Part shown: positions 30,990-42,392 of the stretch, one piece after another
Layout of the letters: each line of letters starts with the position of its first letter
Position numbering within the stretch: position 1 is the stretch's first letter
Source of the DNA: a virus
Lineage: Duplodnaviria; Heunggongvirae; Uroviricota; Caudoviricetes
Length of the DNA: 64,000 bases
Reading direction: 5' to 3' (one strand)
IMG/VR virus record: IMGVR_UViG_2541047759_000001
Made by a program: the position numbers and the translations under genes
Notes under the pieces: model-generated
Database searches by the model: none
The model's input: the letters and a program-made list of their open reading frames with translations, nothing else
Told to the model about the DNA's origin: nothing

Positions 30990-31742
30990 ATGGCAACACC
31001 AAATCCCCTTGAGCCGGTAAAAGGTGCCGGTACCACTCTGTGGGTTTACAACGGCAAGGGTGATGCTTATGCAAACCCGTTGTCAGACGATGACTGGCAG
31101 CGACTGGCTAAGGTGAAGGATCTGACGCCGGGCGAGATGACGGCAGAATCCTACGATGATAACTACCTGGATGATGAAGACGCGGACTGGACCGCGACCG
31201 GGCAGGGACAGAAATCTGCAGGTGATACCAGTTTTACGCTGGCCTGGAAACCGGGAGAGGAAGGCCAGAAAGGGCTTATAGGCTGGTTTGAAAGCGGCGA
31301 TGTCCGGGCCTATAAAATCCGTTTTCCGAATGGCACGGTGGATGTGTTTCGTGGCTGGGTCAGCAGTATCGGTAAGGCCGTGACGGCGAAAGAAGTGATC
31401 ACCCGCACGGTGAAAGTCACTAACGTGGGTAAACCTTCTGTAGCGGAAGAACGCAGCAAAATTACGCCGGTCAGTGCGATTAAGGTGACGCCGACATCCG
31501 GTACGGTGGCAAAAGGGAAAACAACCACCCTGACGGTTTCTTTTGAGCCGGAAAGTGCAACCGACAAGACGTTCAGAGCGGTTTCCGCCGATCCGTCGAA
31601 AGCCACCATTAGTGTGAAAGATATGACAATTACGGTAAACGGCGTGGCGACAGGTAAGGTGCAGATCCCTGTGGTGAGCGGAAATGGTCAGTTCGCCGCA
31701 GTGGCTGAAGTCACCGTTACTGAAGCGGGCGCTGCAGGGTAA
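30990..31742 (+). CDS. V: Major tail protein V-like (with C-terminal Ig-like domain)
   Basis: 250 aa, lambda V position. Confidence 0.8.
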   Translation: MATPNPLEPVKGAGTTLWVYNGKGDAYANPLSDDDWQRLAKVKDLTPGEMTAESYDDNYLDDEDADWTATGQGQKSAGDTSFTLAWKPGEEGQKGLIGWFESGDVRAYKIRFPNGTVDVFRGWVSSIGKAVTAKEVITRTVKVTNVGKPSVAEERSKITPVSAIKVTPTSGTVAKGKTTTLTVSFEPESATDKTFRAVSADPSKATISVKDMTITVNGVATGKVQIPVVSGNGQFAAVAEVTVTEAGAAG

Positions 31743-31755
31743 ACGGAGGTAATAC

Positions 31756-32187
31756 ATGTTTCTGAAAACAGAACAATTTGAATATAACGGTGTGTCTGTC
31801 ACGCTTTCCGAATTGTCTGCGCTGCAGCGTATCGAGCATCTTGCCCTCCTGAAACGGCGTGCAGAACAGGCAGAATCCAGCGGCAACCTGCAGGTAAGTG
31901 TGGAAGATCTCGTCAGAACCGGCGCGTTTCTGGTGGCGATGTCCCTGTGGCATAACCATCCACAGAAAACGCAGTCACCGTCAATGAATGAGGCCGTGAT
32001 GAAGATAGAGCAGGAAGTGCTCACTACCTGGCCTGCCGATGCCATTGCCCGGGCGGAAGACGTGGTGTTGTGCCTGTCCGGGATGATCGAAGCTGTTCGT
32101 CCGGATACTGATATTACTGAAGTGGCGAAAAATAACACGCTGACTGATGATGATTTTTCTGCGGGAAAGTCTTCGACGGCGAGCTGA
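31756..32187 (+). CDS. G: Tail assembly chaperone G
   Basis: 143 aa; slippery GGGAAAG at 32163-32169 near the 3' end. Confidence 0.75.
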   Translation: MFLKTEQFEYNGVSVTLSELSALQRIEHLALLKRRAEQAESSGNLQVSVEDLVRTGAFLVAMSLWHNHPQKTQSPSMNEAVMKIEQEVLTTWPADAIARAEDVVLCLSGMIEAVRPDTDITEVAKNNTLTDDDFSAGKSSTAS

Positions 32188-32213
32188 ACTTTGCCCTCAG
32201 ACTGGCGCGTGAG

Positions 32214-32627
32214 ATGGGGAGACCCGACTGGCGCGCCATGCTTGCCGGGATGACATCCACCGAATATGCCGACTGGCACCGTTTTTACCGCACGCATTAT
32301 TTTCAGGATACCCAGCTGGATATGCATTTTTCCGGGCTGACGTACGCTGTACTCAGCCTGTTTTTTTGCGATCCGGATATGCATCCCTCTGATTTCAGTC
32401 TGCTTGTCCCCCGGCATGAGGAAGAGCAGGTGGAGAGGCCGGATGAGGACAAAATGCTGATGCAGAAAGCGGCAGGACTTGCCGGAGGCGTCCGGTTCGG
32501 TGGGGACGGAGGGCGCGATATTTTATCGTCTGCGGATGTGGCGGATGTCATGGTGGATGATGCCGCATTAATGATGGCTTCAGCGGGGATTCCGGGAGGT
32601 GTGAGATATGTCCCAGCCGGTTGGTGA
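32214..32627 (+). CDS. T: Tail assembly protein T frame, expressed as G-T fusion by programmed -1 frameshift
   Basis: ORF lies in the -1 frame relative to G and begins downstream of the GGGAAAG slip site. Confidence 0.7.
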   Translation: MGRPDWRAMLAGMTSTEYADWHRFYRTHYFQDTQLDMHFSGLTYAVLSLFFCDPDMHPSDFSLLVPRHEEEQVERPDEDKMLMQKAAGLAGGVRFGGDGGRDILSSADVADVMVDDAALMMASAGIPGGVRYVPAGW

Positions 32628-35187
32628 TCTTGTTATTGACCTTAGTCTGGATGCTGTCCGTTTCGATGAGCAGATGAGCCGGGTAAGGCGTCATTTTTCA
32701 GGTCTGGATACCGACGCCAGAAAAACCGCCAGTGCTGTTGAACAGGGCCTGAGCCGCCAGGCGCTGGCTGCACAAAAAGCCGGGATTTCCGTCGGGCAGT
32801 ATAAAGCGGCCATGCGAACCCTGCCCGCACAGTTTACGGATATCGCCACGCAGCTTGCCGGTGGTCAGAATCCCTGGCTGATCCTGCTGCAACAGGGCGG
32901 TCAGGTGAAGGACTCCTTCGGCGGGATGATCCCCATGTTCAGGGGGCTTGCCGGTGCGATCACCCTGCCGATGGTCGGGGTCACCTCGCTGGCGGTGGCG
33001 ACAGGTGCGCTGGTGTACGCCTGGTACCAGGGAGATTCCACGCTTTCAGCGTTTAATAAAACCCTGGTTCTTTCCGGTAATCAGTCCGGACTGACTGCCG
33101 ATCGTATGCTGACTCTCTCAAGAGCCGGGCAGGCAGCAGGGCTGACGTTTAACCAGGCGAGAGAGTCACTGGCAGCCCTGGTGAATGCCGGTGTGCGTGG
33201 TGGTGAACAGTTTGATGCCATCAACCAGAGTGTCGCGCGTTTTGCGTCTGCATCCGGTGTGGAGGTGGATAAAGTCGCTGAAGCCTTCGGGAAGCTGACC
33301 ACTGACCCGACGTCGGGACTGATGGCGATGGCGCGCCAGTTTCGTAACGTGACGGCAGAGCAGATTGCGTATGTTGCACAACTGCAGCGTTCCGGAGACG
33401 AGGCCGGAGCCTTACAGGCGGCGAACGATATCGCCACGAAAGGCTTTGATGAGCAGACCCGTCGCCTGAAAGAAAACATGGGAACACTGGAGACCTGGGC
33501 GGATAAAACAGGGAAGGCATTCAAATCGATGTGGGATGCCATTCTGGATATCGGTCGTCCGGAATCCTCAGCGGATATGCTCGCCAGTGCGCAGAAGGCA
33601 TTTGATGAGGCGGATAAAAAATGGCAGTGGTACCAGAGCCGGAGCCAGCGCCGGGGAAAGACCTCCTCTTTTCGTGCGAACCTTCAGGGGGCATGGGATG
33701 ACCGGGAAAATGCCCGTCTGGGTCTGGCAGCGGCCACGCTGCAGTCGGATATGGAAAAAGCCGGTGAACTGGCGGCAAGGGACCGGGCTGAGCGTGAGGC
33801 GTCACAGCTGAAGTATACCGGAGAGGCGCAGAAGGCGTATGAGCGTCTGCTGACGCCACTGGAGAAATATACTGACCGGCAGGAAGAGCTGAATAAGGCC
33901 CTGAAAGACGGGAAAATCCTGCAGGCGGATTACAACACGCTGATGGCGGCGGCGAAAAAGGACTATGAAGCGACGCTGAAAAAGCCGAAACAGTCCGGCG
34001 TGAAGGTGTCTGCGGGCGATCGTCAGGAAGACAGTGCTCATGCTGCCCTGCTGACGCTTCAGGCTGAACTCCGGACGCTGGAGAAGCATGCCGGAGCAAA
34101 TGAGAAAATCAGCCAGCAGCGCCGGGATTTGTGGAAGGCGGAGAGTCAGTTCGCGGTACTGGAGGAGGCGGCGCAACGTCGCCAGCTGTCTGCACAGGAG
34201 AAATCCCTGCTGGCGCATAAAGATGAGACGCTGGAGTACAAACGCCAGCTGGCTGCACTTGGCGACAAGGTTACGTATCAGGAGCGCCTGAACGCGCTGG
34301 CGCAGCAGGCGGATAAATTCGCACAGCAGCAACGGGCAAAACGGGCCGCCATTGATGCGAAAAGCCGGGGGCTGACTGACCGGCAGGCAGAACGGGAAGC
34401 CACAGAACAGCGCCTGAAGGAACAGTATGGCGATAATCCTCTGGCGCTGAATAACGTCATGTCAGAGCAGAAAAAGACCTGGGCGGCTGAAGACCTGCTT
34501 CGCGGGAACTGGATGGCAGGCCTCAGGTCCGGCTGGAGCGAGTGGAAAGAGAGTGCCACGGACAGTATGTCGCAGGTTAAAAGTGCTGCCACGCAGACCT
34601 TTGATGGTATTGCGCAGAATATGGCGGCGATGCTGACCGGCAGTGAGCAGAACTGGCGCAGCTTCACCCGCTCCGTGCTGTCCATGATGACAGAAATTCT
34701 GCTTAAGCAGGCAATGGTGGGGATTGTCGGGAGTATCGGCAGCGCCATTGGCGGGGCTACCGGTGGCGGCGCATCAGCGTCAGGCGGTACAGCCATTCAG
34801 GCTGCGGCGGCGAACTTCCATTTCGCGACCGGGGGATTTACGGGAACCGGTGGCAAATATGAGCCAGCGGGGATTGTCCACCGCGGGGAGTTTGTCTTCA
34901 CGAAGGAGGCAACCAGCCGGATTGGTGTCGGGAACCTGTACCGCCTGATGCGGGGCTATGCGGAAGGGGGGTATGTGGGTGCTGCCGGAAGTCCGGCGCA
35001 GATGCGGCGGGCCGAAGGCATTAATTTTAATCAGAACAATCACGTGGTGATTCAGAACGACGGTATCAACGGACAGGCGGGGTCGCAGCTGATGAAGGCG
35101 GTGTATGACATGGCCCGCAAGGGGGCACAGGATGAACTCCGGCTGCAGTTGCGTGATGGCGGTCTGTTATCAGGGAGCGGTCGATGA
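32608..35187 (+). CDS. H: Tail tape measure protein (gpH-like)
   Basis: 859 aa, coiled-coil/Ala-rich, lambda H position. Confidence 0.85.
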   Translation: MSQPVGDLVIDLSLDAVRFDEQMSRVRRHFSGLDTDARKTASAVEQGLSRQALAAQKAGISVGQYKAAMRTLPAQFTDIATQLAGGQNPWLILLQQGGQVKDSFGGMIPMFRGLAGAITLPMVGVTSLAVATGALVYAWYQGDSTLSAFNKTLVLSGNQSGLTADRMLTLSRAGQAAGLTFNQARESLAALVNAGVRGGEQFDAINQSVARFASASGVEVDKVAEAFGKLTTDPTSGLMAMARQFRNVTAEQIAYVAQLQRSGDEAGALQAANDIATKGFDEQTRRLKENMGTLETWADKTGKAFKSMWDAILDIGRPESSADMLASAQKAFDEADKKWQWYQSRSQRRGKTSSFRANLQGAWDDRENARLGLAAATLQSDMEKAGELAARDRAEREASQLKYTGEAQKAYERLLTPLEKYTDRQEELNKALKDGKILQADYNTLMAAAKKDYEATLKKPKQSGVKVSAGDRQEDSAHAALLTLQAELRTLEKHAGANEKISQQRRDLWKAESQFAVLEEAAQRRQLSAQEKSLLAHKDETLEYKRQLAALGDKVTYQERLNALAQQADKFAQQQRAKRAAIDAKSRGLTDRQAEREATEQRLKEQYGDNPLALNNVMSEQKKTWAAEDLLRGNWMAGLRSGWSEWKESATDSMSQVKSAATQTFDGIAQNMAAMLTGSEQNWRSFTRSVLSMMTEILLKQAMVGIVGSIGSAIGGATGGGASASGGTAIQAAAANFHFATGGFTGTGGKYEPAGIVHRGEFVFTKEATSRIGVGNLYRLMRGYAEGGYVGAAGSPAQMRRAEGINFNQNNHVVIQNDGINGQAGSQLMKAVYDMARKGAQDELRLQLRDGGLLSGSGR

Positions 35188-35513
35188 AAACCTTTCGCTG
35201 GAAAGTGAAGCCGGATATGGAGGTGAACTCGCAGCCATCGGTGCGTGAAGTGCGTTTTGGTGACGGGTACTCACAGCGTATGGCGGCAGGGCTGAATGCT
35301 GACCTGAAAACATACAGGGTGACGCTTTCCGTGACCCGGGAGGAGGCCCGGCATCTGGAAGCGTTCCTGGCAGAGCACGGGGGCTGGAAGGCATTTTTGT
35401 GGAAGCCACCCTATGCATACCGGCAGATAAAGGTGACCTGTGCCGGGTGGTCTGCGCGGGTCGGGATGTTGCGCGTTGAGTTCAGCGCGGAGTTTAAGCA
35501 GGTGGTGAACTGA
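35184..35513 (+). CDS. M: Tail tip protein M
   Basis: 109 aa, lambda M position. Confidence 0.8.
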   Translation: MKTFRWKVKPDMEVNSQPSVREVRFGDGYSQRMAAGLNADLKTYRVTLSVTREEARHLEAFLAEHGGWKAFLWKPPYAYRQIKVTCAGWSARVGMLRVEFSAEFKQVVN

Positions 35514-36211
35514 TGCAGGATATTCACGAAGAAAGTCTGAACGAGTCGGTTAAATCAGAGCAGTCACCGCGGGTGGTACTCTGGGAAATCGACCTGACGG
35601 TACAGGGCGGTGAGCGGTATTTTTTCTGTAATGAGCTGAATGAAAAAGGGGAGCCGGTCACCTGGCAGGGGCGTAAGTATGAGGCATACCCGATTGACGG
35701 CAGCGGCTTTGAGATGAACGGCCGGGGCAGCAGTGCCCGCCCGTCGCTGACGGTGTCCAATCTGTTTGGCCTTGTCACCGGGGTGGCGGAGGACCTGCAG
35801 AGTCTGGTGGGGGCCACGGTGGTCCGCCGCCGGGTGTATGCCCGTTTTCTGGATGCGGTGAATTTCGTTGCGGGCAATCCGGCGGCGGACCCGGAGCAGG
35901 AGTTGAGTGACCGCTGGGTGGTGGAGCAGATGTCGCAGCTGACAGCCATGACGGCCTCGTTTGTGCTGGCCACACCGACCGAGACGGACGGGGCGCTGTT
36001 TCCCGGTCGTATCATGCTGGCGAACACCTGTATGTGGACCTACCGCTCTGATGAGTGTGGTTACACGGGCGAGGCTGTGGCGGATGAGTTCGATAAACCC
36101 ACCACGGATATCCGTAAGGACAGATGCAGCAAGTGCATGCGCGGGTGTGAACTGCGCAGGAATGTCGGCAATTTTGGCGGTTTCCTTTCCATTAATAAAC
36201 TTTCGCAGTAA
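35513..36211 (+). CDS. L: Tail tip protein L
   Basis: 232 aa with C-terminal Cys cluster, lambda L-like. Confidence 0.8.
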   Translation: MQDIHEESLNESVKSEQSPRVVLWEIDLTVQGGERYFFCNELNEKGEPVTWQGRKYEAYPIDGSGFEMNGRGSSARPSLTVSNLFGLVTGVAEDLQSLVGATVVRRRVYARFLDAVNFVAGNPAADPEQELSDRWVVEQMSQLTAMTASFVLATPTETDGALFPGRIMLANTCMWTYRSDECGYTGEAVADEFDKPTTDIRKDRCSKCMRGCELRRNVGNFGGFLSINKLSQ

Positions 36212-36221
36212 ATCCCGGTTT

Positions 36222-36965
36222 ATGACACAGACTGAATCAGCGATTCTGGCGCATGCCCGGCGGTGTGCGCCTGCGGAGGCGTGCGGCTTCGTGATAAGCA
36301 CGCCGGAGGGGGAGTGGTATATCCCTTGTGTGAATATTTCTGCAGAGCCGGAGGCGTATTTTCGTATCGCACCGGAAGACTGGCTGCGGGCAGAGATGCA
36401 GGGGGAGATTGTGGCGCTGGTCCACAGTCATCCCGGTGGTCTGCCCTGGCTGAGCGAGGCGGACCGGCGGCTGCAGATAAAGAGCGCACTGCCCTGGTGG
36501 CTGGTCTGCCGGGGGGCGATTCATAAGTTCCGCTGTGTGCCGCATCTCACCGGGCGGCGCTTTGAGCACGGGGTGACGGACTGTTACACGCTGTTCCGGG
36601 ACGCTTACCATCTGGCGGGGACTGAGATGCCGGACTTTCATCGTGAGGATGACTGGTGGCGTAACGGCCAGAATCTCTATCTTGATAATCTGGAGGCCAC
36701 AGGGCTGTATCAGGTGCCGTTGTCAGCGGCGCAGCCGGGCGATGTGCTGCTGTGCTGTTTTGGTTCATCGGTGCCGAACCATGCCGCCATTTACTGCGGC
36801 AACGGTGAGCTGCTTCACCATCTGCCTGAACAACTGAGTAAACGGGAGAGGTATTCCGAAAAATGGCAACGACGAACGCATTCTGTCTGGCGTCACCGCC
36901 ACTGGCACGCATCTGCCTTCACGGGGATTTGCAACGATTTGGCCGCCGCCTCAGCCTGTATGTGA
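36222..36965 (+). CDS. K: Tail tip assembly protein K (JAB/NlpC-P60-like)
   Basis: ATG at 36222 in frame with the long ORF 35961..36965; HSHPGG motif. Confidence 0.8.
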   Translation: MTQTESAILAHARRCAPAEACGFVISTPEGEWYIPCVNISAEPEAYFRIAPEDWLRAEMQGEIVALVHSHPGGLPWLSEADRRLQIKSALPWWLVCRGAIHKFRCVPHLTGRRFEHGVTDCYTLFRDAYHLAGTEMPDFHREDDWWRNGQNLYLDNLEATGLYQVPLSAAQPGDVLLCCFGSSVPNHAAIYCGNGELLHHLPEQLSKRERYSEKWQRRTHSVWRHRHWHASAFTGICNDLAAASACM

Positions 36966-37543
36966 ACACGGCAGCGGAAGCCATCCGTGCCCTGTCGTTA
37001 CAGGTGCCGGGCTTTCGCCGTCAGATGAACGAAGGCTGGTACCAGATACGTATTGCCGGTGATGACACGGCACCGGAGGCGGTGTACGCCCGTCTTCACG
37101 AACAGCTGGGTGAGGGAACGGTCATCCACATTGTGCCGCGACTGGCCGGAGCCGGAAAGGGCGGACTGCAGATTGTGCTGGGGGCGGCAGCCATCGTGGG
37201 CTCTTTCTTCACGGCCGGTGCCTCGATGGCGTTATGGGGTTCAGCCCTGGCAGCCGGTGGTTTTTCTGCCACCACGATGCTGTTTTCACTGGGGGCCAGC
37301 ATGATACTGGGCGGTGTGGCACAGATGCTGGCCCCGAAGGCAAAAACACCGGATTACCGCGTAACGGATAACGGCAGACAGAACACGTACTTTTCCTCGC
37401 TGGATAACATGATTGCCCAGGGGAACCCGATGCCGGTGCCTTACGGGGAAATGCTGGTTGGCTCCCGCCGTATATCCCAGGACATCAGCACCCGTGATGA
37501 AGGCGGGGGCGGAAAGGTCGTGGTTATCGGGCGGCAGGGGTAA
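36863..37543 (+). CDS. I: Tail assembly protein I
   Basis: ...ARICL.GDLQRFGRR..L.V.T.AEAIRAL..Q.P.FR... matches lambda I. Confidence 0.85.
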   Translation: MATTNAFCLASPPLARICLHGDLQRFGRRLSLYVNTAAEAIRALSLQVPGFRRQMNEGWYQIRIAGDDTAPEAVYARLHEQLGEGTVIHIVPRLAGAGKGGLQIVLGAAAIVGSFFTAGASMALWGSALAAGGFSATTMLFSLGASMILGGVAQMLAPKAKTPDYRVTDNGRQNTYFSSLDNMIAQGNPMPVPYGEMLVGSRRISQDISTRDEGGGGKVVVIGRQG

Positions 37544-37881
37544 AAAGAATAAAAAAATCCCGCAGAGTTGCGGAGCTGCGGGAGCGTTACGAAGATCAAC
37601 TATAGATAATTATTCTTATGTCACGACAAAAAAAATTAACGCAGAGAAATTATAAGTGCCACAGGGATTTTGTGAAAATGTGAAGATATTCAGAATTTTT
37701 ATGCCATTACCGGTTTTAACCAACAGGATTATCGGTGGGCATGAAAGAAAACCCCGGTATCTGCTGATACCGGGGTTTCTCTTTAGCATGGCAGAAATGT
37801 GTTTCATGCTTTTCGGGCGAAGGATATCCGACTTCTGTACGGAATGGCAAGTGGCGGTTAATTTATTCAGGGGAAGGCTGT

Positions 37882-40800
37882 ATGGGAAAAGGTGGCGGTA
37901 AGGCACACACGCCTCGTGAGGCGAAGGATAATCTCAAATCCACGCAGATGATGAGTGTGATTGATGCGATTGGTGAGGGACCGATAGAAGGTCCGGTGAA
38001 GGGACTGCAGAGTATCCTGGTGAACAAAACCCCGCTGACGGACACGGACGGTAATCCCGTGATACACGGTGTGACCGCGGTCTGGCGTGCCGGGGAGCAG
38101 GAGCAGACACCACCGGAAGGCTTTGAGTCCTCCGGAGCTGAAACCGGACTGGGCGTGGAAGTGACGAAGGCAAAACCGGTGACGCGCACCATTACGTCCG
38201 CGAACATTGACCGCCTGCGGGTTACCTTCGGGGTGCAGTCACTGGTGCAGACCACGTCAAGGGGCGACCGTAATCCTTCCTCTGTCCGGATTCTGATTCA
38301 GTTACAGCGTAATGGCCGCTGGGTGACGGAAAAGGACGTCACCATTAACGGCAAGACCACCTCACAGTTCCTGGCCTCGGTGATTCTGGATAATCTGCCT
38401 CCCCGGCCCTTTAACATCCGGATGGTCAGGGAGACGGCGGACAGCACCACGGACCAGCTGCAGAATAAGACGCTGTGGTCGTCATACACCGAAATCATCG
38501 ATGTGAAACAGTGCTACCCGAACACGGCCATTGTGGGGCTGCAGGTGGATGCGGAGCAGTTCGGCGGCCAGCAGATGACGGTGAACTACCATATCCGCGG
38601 TCGCATCATCCAGGTGCCGTCAAACTATGACCCGGAAAAACGCACGTACAGTGGTATCTGGGACGGCAGTCTGAAACCGGCATACAGCAACAACCCGGCC
38701 TGGTGCCTGTGGGACATGCTGACTCACCCGCGCTACGGCATGGGAAAACGTCTGGGGGCGGCGGATGTGGACAAGTGGGCGCTGTATGCCATCGGGCAGT
38801 ACTGCGACCAGACGGTCCCGGATGGTTTCGGGGGGACCGAGCCGCGGATGACCTTTAATGCGTACCTGGCACAACAGCGTAAGGCGTGGGACGTTCTCAG
38901 TGATTTCTGCTCTGCGATGCGCTGTATGCCGGTATGGAACGGTCAGACGCTGACGTTCGTTCAGGACCGCCCGTCGGATGTGGTGTGGCCGTACACCAAC
39001 AGCGATGTGGTGGTGGATGATAACGGCGTGGGGTTCCGCTACAGCTTCAGTGCCCTGAAGGACCGGCACACGGCGGTGGAGGTGAATTACACCGACCCGC
39101 AGAACGGCTGGCAGACCTCCACGGAACTGGTGGAAGACCCGGAAGCCATACTGCGCTACGGACGCAACCTGCTGAAGATGGACGCGTTCGGCTGTACCAG
39201 CCGCGGTCAGGCCCACCGTGCCGGGCTGTGGGTGATAAAGACCGAACTGCTGGAAACGCAGACGGTGGATTTCACGCTCGGGTCACAGGGGCTGCGTCAC
39301 ACACCCGGTGACATCATTGAAATCTGTGATAACGACTATGCCGGAACCATGACCGGCGGACGTGTCCTGTCCATCGATGCCGCCAGCCGTACCCTGACGC
39401 TGGACCGGGAGGTGACACTGCCGGAGACCGGCACGGCCACTGTTAATCTGATTAACGGCAGCGGTAAGCCGGCGAGCGTGGCCATCACCGCACACCCCGC
39501 GCCTGACCGGATACAGGTCAGCACCCTGCCGGATGGTGTGGAGACATACGGTGTGTGGGGACTCTCCCTGCCGTCACTGCGCCGTCGCCTGTTCCGCTGT
39601 GTCTCCATCCGGGAAAACACGGACGGCACCTTTGCCATCACGGCGGTGCAGCACGTACCGGAAAAAGAAGCCATCGTGGATAACGGTGCCCGCTTTGAGC
39701 CGCAGTCAGGCTCCCTGAACAGCGTCATCCCACCGGCAGTACAGCACCTGACGGTGGAGGTGAGCGCAGCTGACGGCCAGTATCTGGCGCAGGCTAAATG
39801 GGACACGCCGCGGGTGGTGAAGGGCGTGCGCTTCAGTCTGCGCCTGACCAGTGGTAAGGGAACGGATGCCAGACTGGTGACCACCGCCATCACCGCAGAC
39901 ACGGAGCACCGTTTCAGTGGCCTGCCACTGGGGGAATACACCCTGACGGTGCGGGCGATAAACAGTTATGGCCAGCAGGGTGAACCTGCCACCACCACCT
40001 TCCGGATTAACGCACCTGCAAAACCCGCCACCATTGAGCTGACGCCGGGGTATTTTCAGATAACGGCGGTCCCGCGTCTTGCGGTGTATGATCCGACGAT
40101 ACAGTTTGAATTCTGGTTCTCAGAAAAACGCATCACGAACACGGCACAGGTGGAAAAATCTGCCCGTTATCTGGGGTCCGGCAGTCAGTGGACTGTCCAG
40201 GGGAGCCGGATTAAGCCGGGGACGGATTTCTGGTTTTACGTGCGAAGCGTCAACCTGGTGGGAAAATCTGCTTTTGTGGAAGCCAGCGGGCAGCCCAGCA
40301 ATGATGGTGAAGGGTATCTGGAAATTTTCCGGGGGCTGATAGATGAGACGCTTCTGGGTCAGGCACTGAAAGAGCGCATTGATGCTTCAGCGCTGCGTAC
40401 GGAGGTCACGCAACTGGAAGAAGACATCCGTCAGCGGATGGACACGGATATCGCAGAAGTGACCCGGAAAATCGGGGAGGCGGAAAACAGCCTCACGCAG
40501 CTGGTTGCGAAAAAGAATGAGGACCAGACACTGGCCATCGCGCAGATGAGCCAGAAAGTGGACCGGGTTAGCAGTGAAATCTCACAGACTGTCAGCCAGG
40601 GGCAGTCAGAAAACGCCCGACAGATAGCACAGGTCCGCCAGTACGTGGATAAAAAAGGGAGTGAAATTACCTCGACCACGGATAAAAAACTGGGTGACCA
40701 GGCCGTGACCATACAGCAAATCCAGCGGGTTCAGTCAGACACGCGCAATGAGCTGAATGCCATGTATATGCTGAAGGTGCAGAAAACAAAAAACGGTATT

Positions 40801-41574
40801 CCCTATGTGGCCGGGATTGGCGTGGGGATTGAGGATGTTGATGGTCAGACCCTGAGTAACATTCTGCTGCAGGCTGACCGTATCGCGATGATTACCCCGG
40901 AGAATGGCAACACCACGCCGCTGTTTGTGGCGCAGGGGAATCAGCTGTTCATGAACGACGTGTTCCTGAAGCGACTGTTTGCGGTGAGCATCACGTCATC
41001 CGGCAATCCTCCGACGTTTTCCCTGACGCCGGATGGCAGGCTGACAGCCCGCAATGCGGATATCAGTGGAGCCATCACGGCGAATACCGGCACGCTCAAT
41101 AATGTCACCATTAACGAGAACTGTGTCATCAGAGGGAAACTGTCTGCAAACCAGATTGAAGGCGATCTCGTTAAAACAGTGGGTAAGGCTTTCCCCCGTG
41201 ACTCCCGTGCACCGAAGCGTTGGCCATCAGGAACCATTACCGTCAGGGTTTATGACGATCAGCCGTTTAACCGGCAGATTGTTATTCCGGCGGTGGCTTT
41301 CAGCGGTGCCAGACATGAGCGGGAGAACAGCGATACTTATTCGTCATGCCGCCTGATAGTGAAGAAAAACGGTGCTGAAATTTATAACCGTACCGCGATG
41401 GATAATACGCTGGTTTACAGTGGTGTTATTGATATGCCTGCTGGTCGCGGCCACATGACGCTGGAGTTTTCTGTATCAGCATGGTGGGTAAATGGCTGGT
41501 ATCCCACAGCAAGTATCAGCGATTTGCTGGTTGTTGTGATGAAGAAAGCCACTGCAGGCATCACGATTAGCTGA
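37882..41574 (+). CDS. J: Central tail fiber / host specificity protein J
   Basis: 1230 aa, N-terminal region lambda J-like. Confidence 0.9.
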   Translation: MGKGGGKAHTPREAKDNLKSTQMMSVIDAIGEGPIEGPVKGLQSILVNKTPLTDTDGNPVIHGVTAVWRAGEQEQTPPEGFESSGAETGLGVEVTKAKPVTRTITSANIDRLRVTFGVQSLVQTTSRGDRNPSSVRILIQLQRNGRWVTEKDVTINGKTTSQFLASVILDNLPPRPFNIRMVRETADSTTDQLQNKTLWSSYTEIIDVKQCYPNTAIVGLQVDAEQFGGQQMTVNYHIRGRIIQVPSNYDPEKRTYSGIWDGSLKPAYSNNPAWCLWDMLTHPRYGMGKRLGAADVDKWALYAIGQYCDQTVPDGFGGTEPRMTFNAYLAQQRKAWDVLSDFCSAMRCMPVWNGQTLTFVQDRPSDVVWPYTNSDVVVDDNGVGFRYSFSALKDRHTAVEVNYTDPQNGWQTSTELVEDPEAILRYGRNLLKMDAFGCTSRGQAHRAGLWVIKTELLETQTVDFTLGSQGLRHTPGDIIEICDNDYAGTMTGGRVLSIDAASRTLTLDREVTLPETGTATVNLINGSGKPASVAITAHPAPDRIQVSTLPDGVETYGVWGLSLPSLRRRLFRCVSIRENTDGTFAITAVQHVPEKEAIVDNGARFEPQSGSLNSVIPPAVQHLTVEVSAADGQYLAQAKWDTPRVVKGVRFSLRLTSGKGTDARLVTTAITADTEHRFSGLPLGEYTLTVRAINSYGQQGEPATTTFRINAPAKPATIELTPGYFQITAVPRLAVYDPTIQFEFWFSEKRITNTAQVEKSARYLGSGSQWTVQGSRIKPGTDFWFYVRSVNLVGKSAFVEASGQPSNDGEGYLEIFRGLIDETLLGQALKERIDASALRTEVTQLEEDIRQRMDTDIAEVTRKIGEAENSLTQLVAKKNEDQTLAIAQMSQKVDRVSSEISQTVSQGQSENARQIAQVRQYVDKKGSEITSTTDKKLGDQAVTIQQIQRVQSDTRNELNAMYMLKVQKTKNGIPYVAGIGVGIEDVDGQTLSNILLQADRIAMITPENGNTTPLFVAQGNQLFMNDVFLKRLFAVSITSSGNPPTFSLTPDGRLTARNADISGAITANTGTLNNVTINENCVIRGKLSANQIEGDLVKTVGKAFPRDSRAPKRWPSGTITVRVYDDQPFNRQIVIPAVAFSGARHERENSDTYSSCRLIVKKNGAEIYNRTAMDNTLVYSGVIDMPAGRGHMTLEFSVSAWWVNGWYPTASISDLLVVVMKKATAGITIS

Positions 41575-41589
41575 ATTTTATAACCCCAA

Positions 41590-41620
41590 TACGGGCGCCA
41601 GAAATGGCGCCTTTTTTATT
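41590..41620 (+). terminator. Intrinsic terminator after J
   Basis: gggcgccagaaatggcgcc followed by tttttt. Confidence 0.5.
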
Positions 41621-41641
41621 GCAGAAAAGCGAGAGGTAATT

Positions 41642-42241
41642 ATGCGTAAATTATGTGCTGTTATTCTGTCCGCAGTAGTCTGGCTGGTTGCCGCTGGTAC
41701 GCCAGCGAGCGCAGCAGAGCATCAGTCCACACTAAGCGCCGGGTATCTTCAGACCCATACTGATATGCCTGGCAGCGATGATCTGAACGGGATTAACGTG
41801 AAATACCGTTATGAGTTTACGGACACGCTGGGGCTGGTGACGTCATTCAGTTATGCCAATGCCAAAGATGAGCAAAAAACGCATTACAGCGATACCCGCT
41901 GGCATGAAGATTCCGTGCGTAACCGCTGGTTCAGCGTAATGGCGGGGCCGTCTGTGCGCGTGAATGAATGGTTCAGTGCTTATGCGATGGCAGGTGTGGC
42001 TTACAGCCGTGTGTCGACTTTCTCCGGGGATTATCTCCGCGTAACTGACAACAAGGGGAAAATGCACGACGTGCTGACCGGAAGTGATGACGGTCGCCAC
42101 AGCAATACCTCTCTGGCGTGGGGAGCTGGCGTGCAGTTTAACCCGACCGAATCCGTGGCCATTGATATTGCTTATGAAGGCTCCGGCAGTGGCGACTGGC
42201 GAACGGATGCATTTATTGTTGGTATCGGATACCGTTTCTGA
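41642..42241 (+). CDS. lom: Outer membrane protein Lom (Ail/Lom family)
   Basis: Signal peptide plus beta-barrel pattern ending ...IGYRF, lambda Lom-like. Confidence 0.85.
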   Translation: MRKLCAVILSAVVWLVAAGTPASAAEHQSTLSAGYLQTHTDMPGSDDLNGINVKYRYEFTDTLGLVTSFSYANAKDEQKTHYSDTRWHEDSVRNRWFSVMAGPSVRVNEWFSAYAMAGVAYSRVSTFSGDYLRVTDNKGKMHDVLTGSDDGRHSNTSLAWGAGVQFNPTESVAIDIAYEGSGSGDWRTDAFIVGIGYRF

Positions 42242-42347
42242 CAACAGACGCCGATTTATCTTCTGTAAATATTGTTATGATACGCAGGTTCATCCGCCTT
42301 ATGGGGTGAACTGCGTTTGAGGAAACGTAAAGTTACACTGTCCTGAA

Positions 42348-42378
42348 GCCCGTGGCGTCACTGCTGCGGGCTTTTTTT
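42348..42378 (+). terminator. Intrinsic terminator after lom
   Basis: gcccgtggcgtcactgctgcgggc followed by ttttttt. Confidence 0.5.
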
Positions 42379-42392
42379 ATTGGTGGAAAAGT

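Noticed and set aside
31083-32417. 444-aa minus-strand ORF antisense to V/G/T tail genes
   Set aside because: Arg/Cys/His-rich, low-complexity translation opposite well-supported plus-strand structural genes; typical frame-shadow ORF.
33081-34796. Several 150-190-aa minus-strand ORFs inside the tape measure gene
   Set aside because: All lie antisense to gpH, are Pro/Ser/Ala/Arg-rich and lack independent signals; artefacts of GC-rich coding sequence.
37656-37901. 81-aa ORF in the I-J spacer
   Set aside because: No RBS, overlaps two hairpins and the J start; more likely noncoding.
38620-39941. Minus-strand ORFs (198 and 201 aa) within J
   Set aside because: Antisense to a strongly supported J gene; compositionally biased; no RBS or start context.
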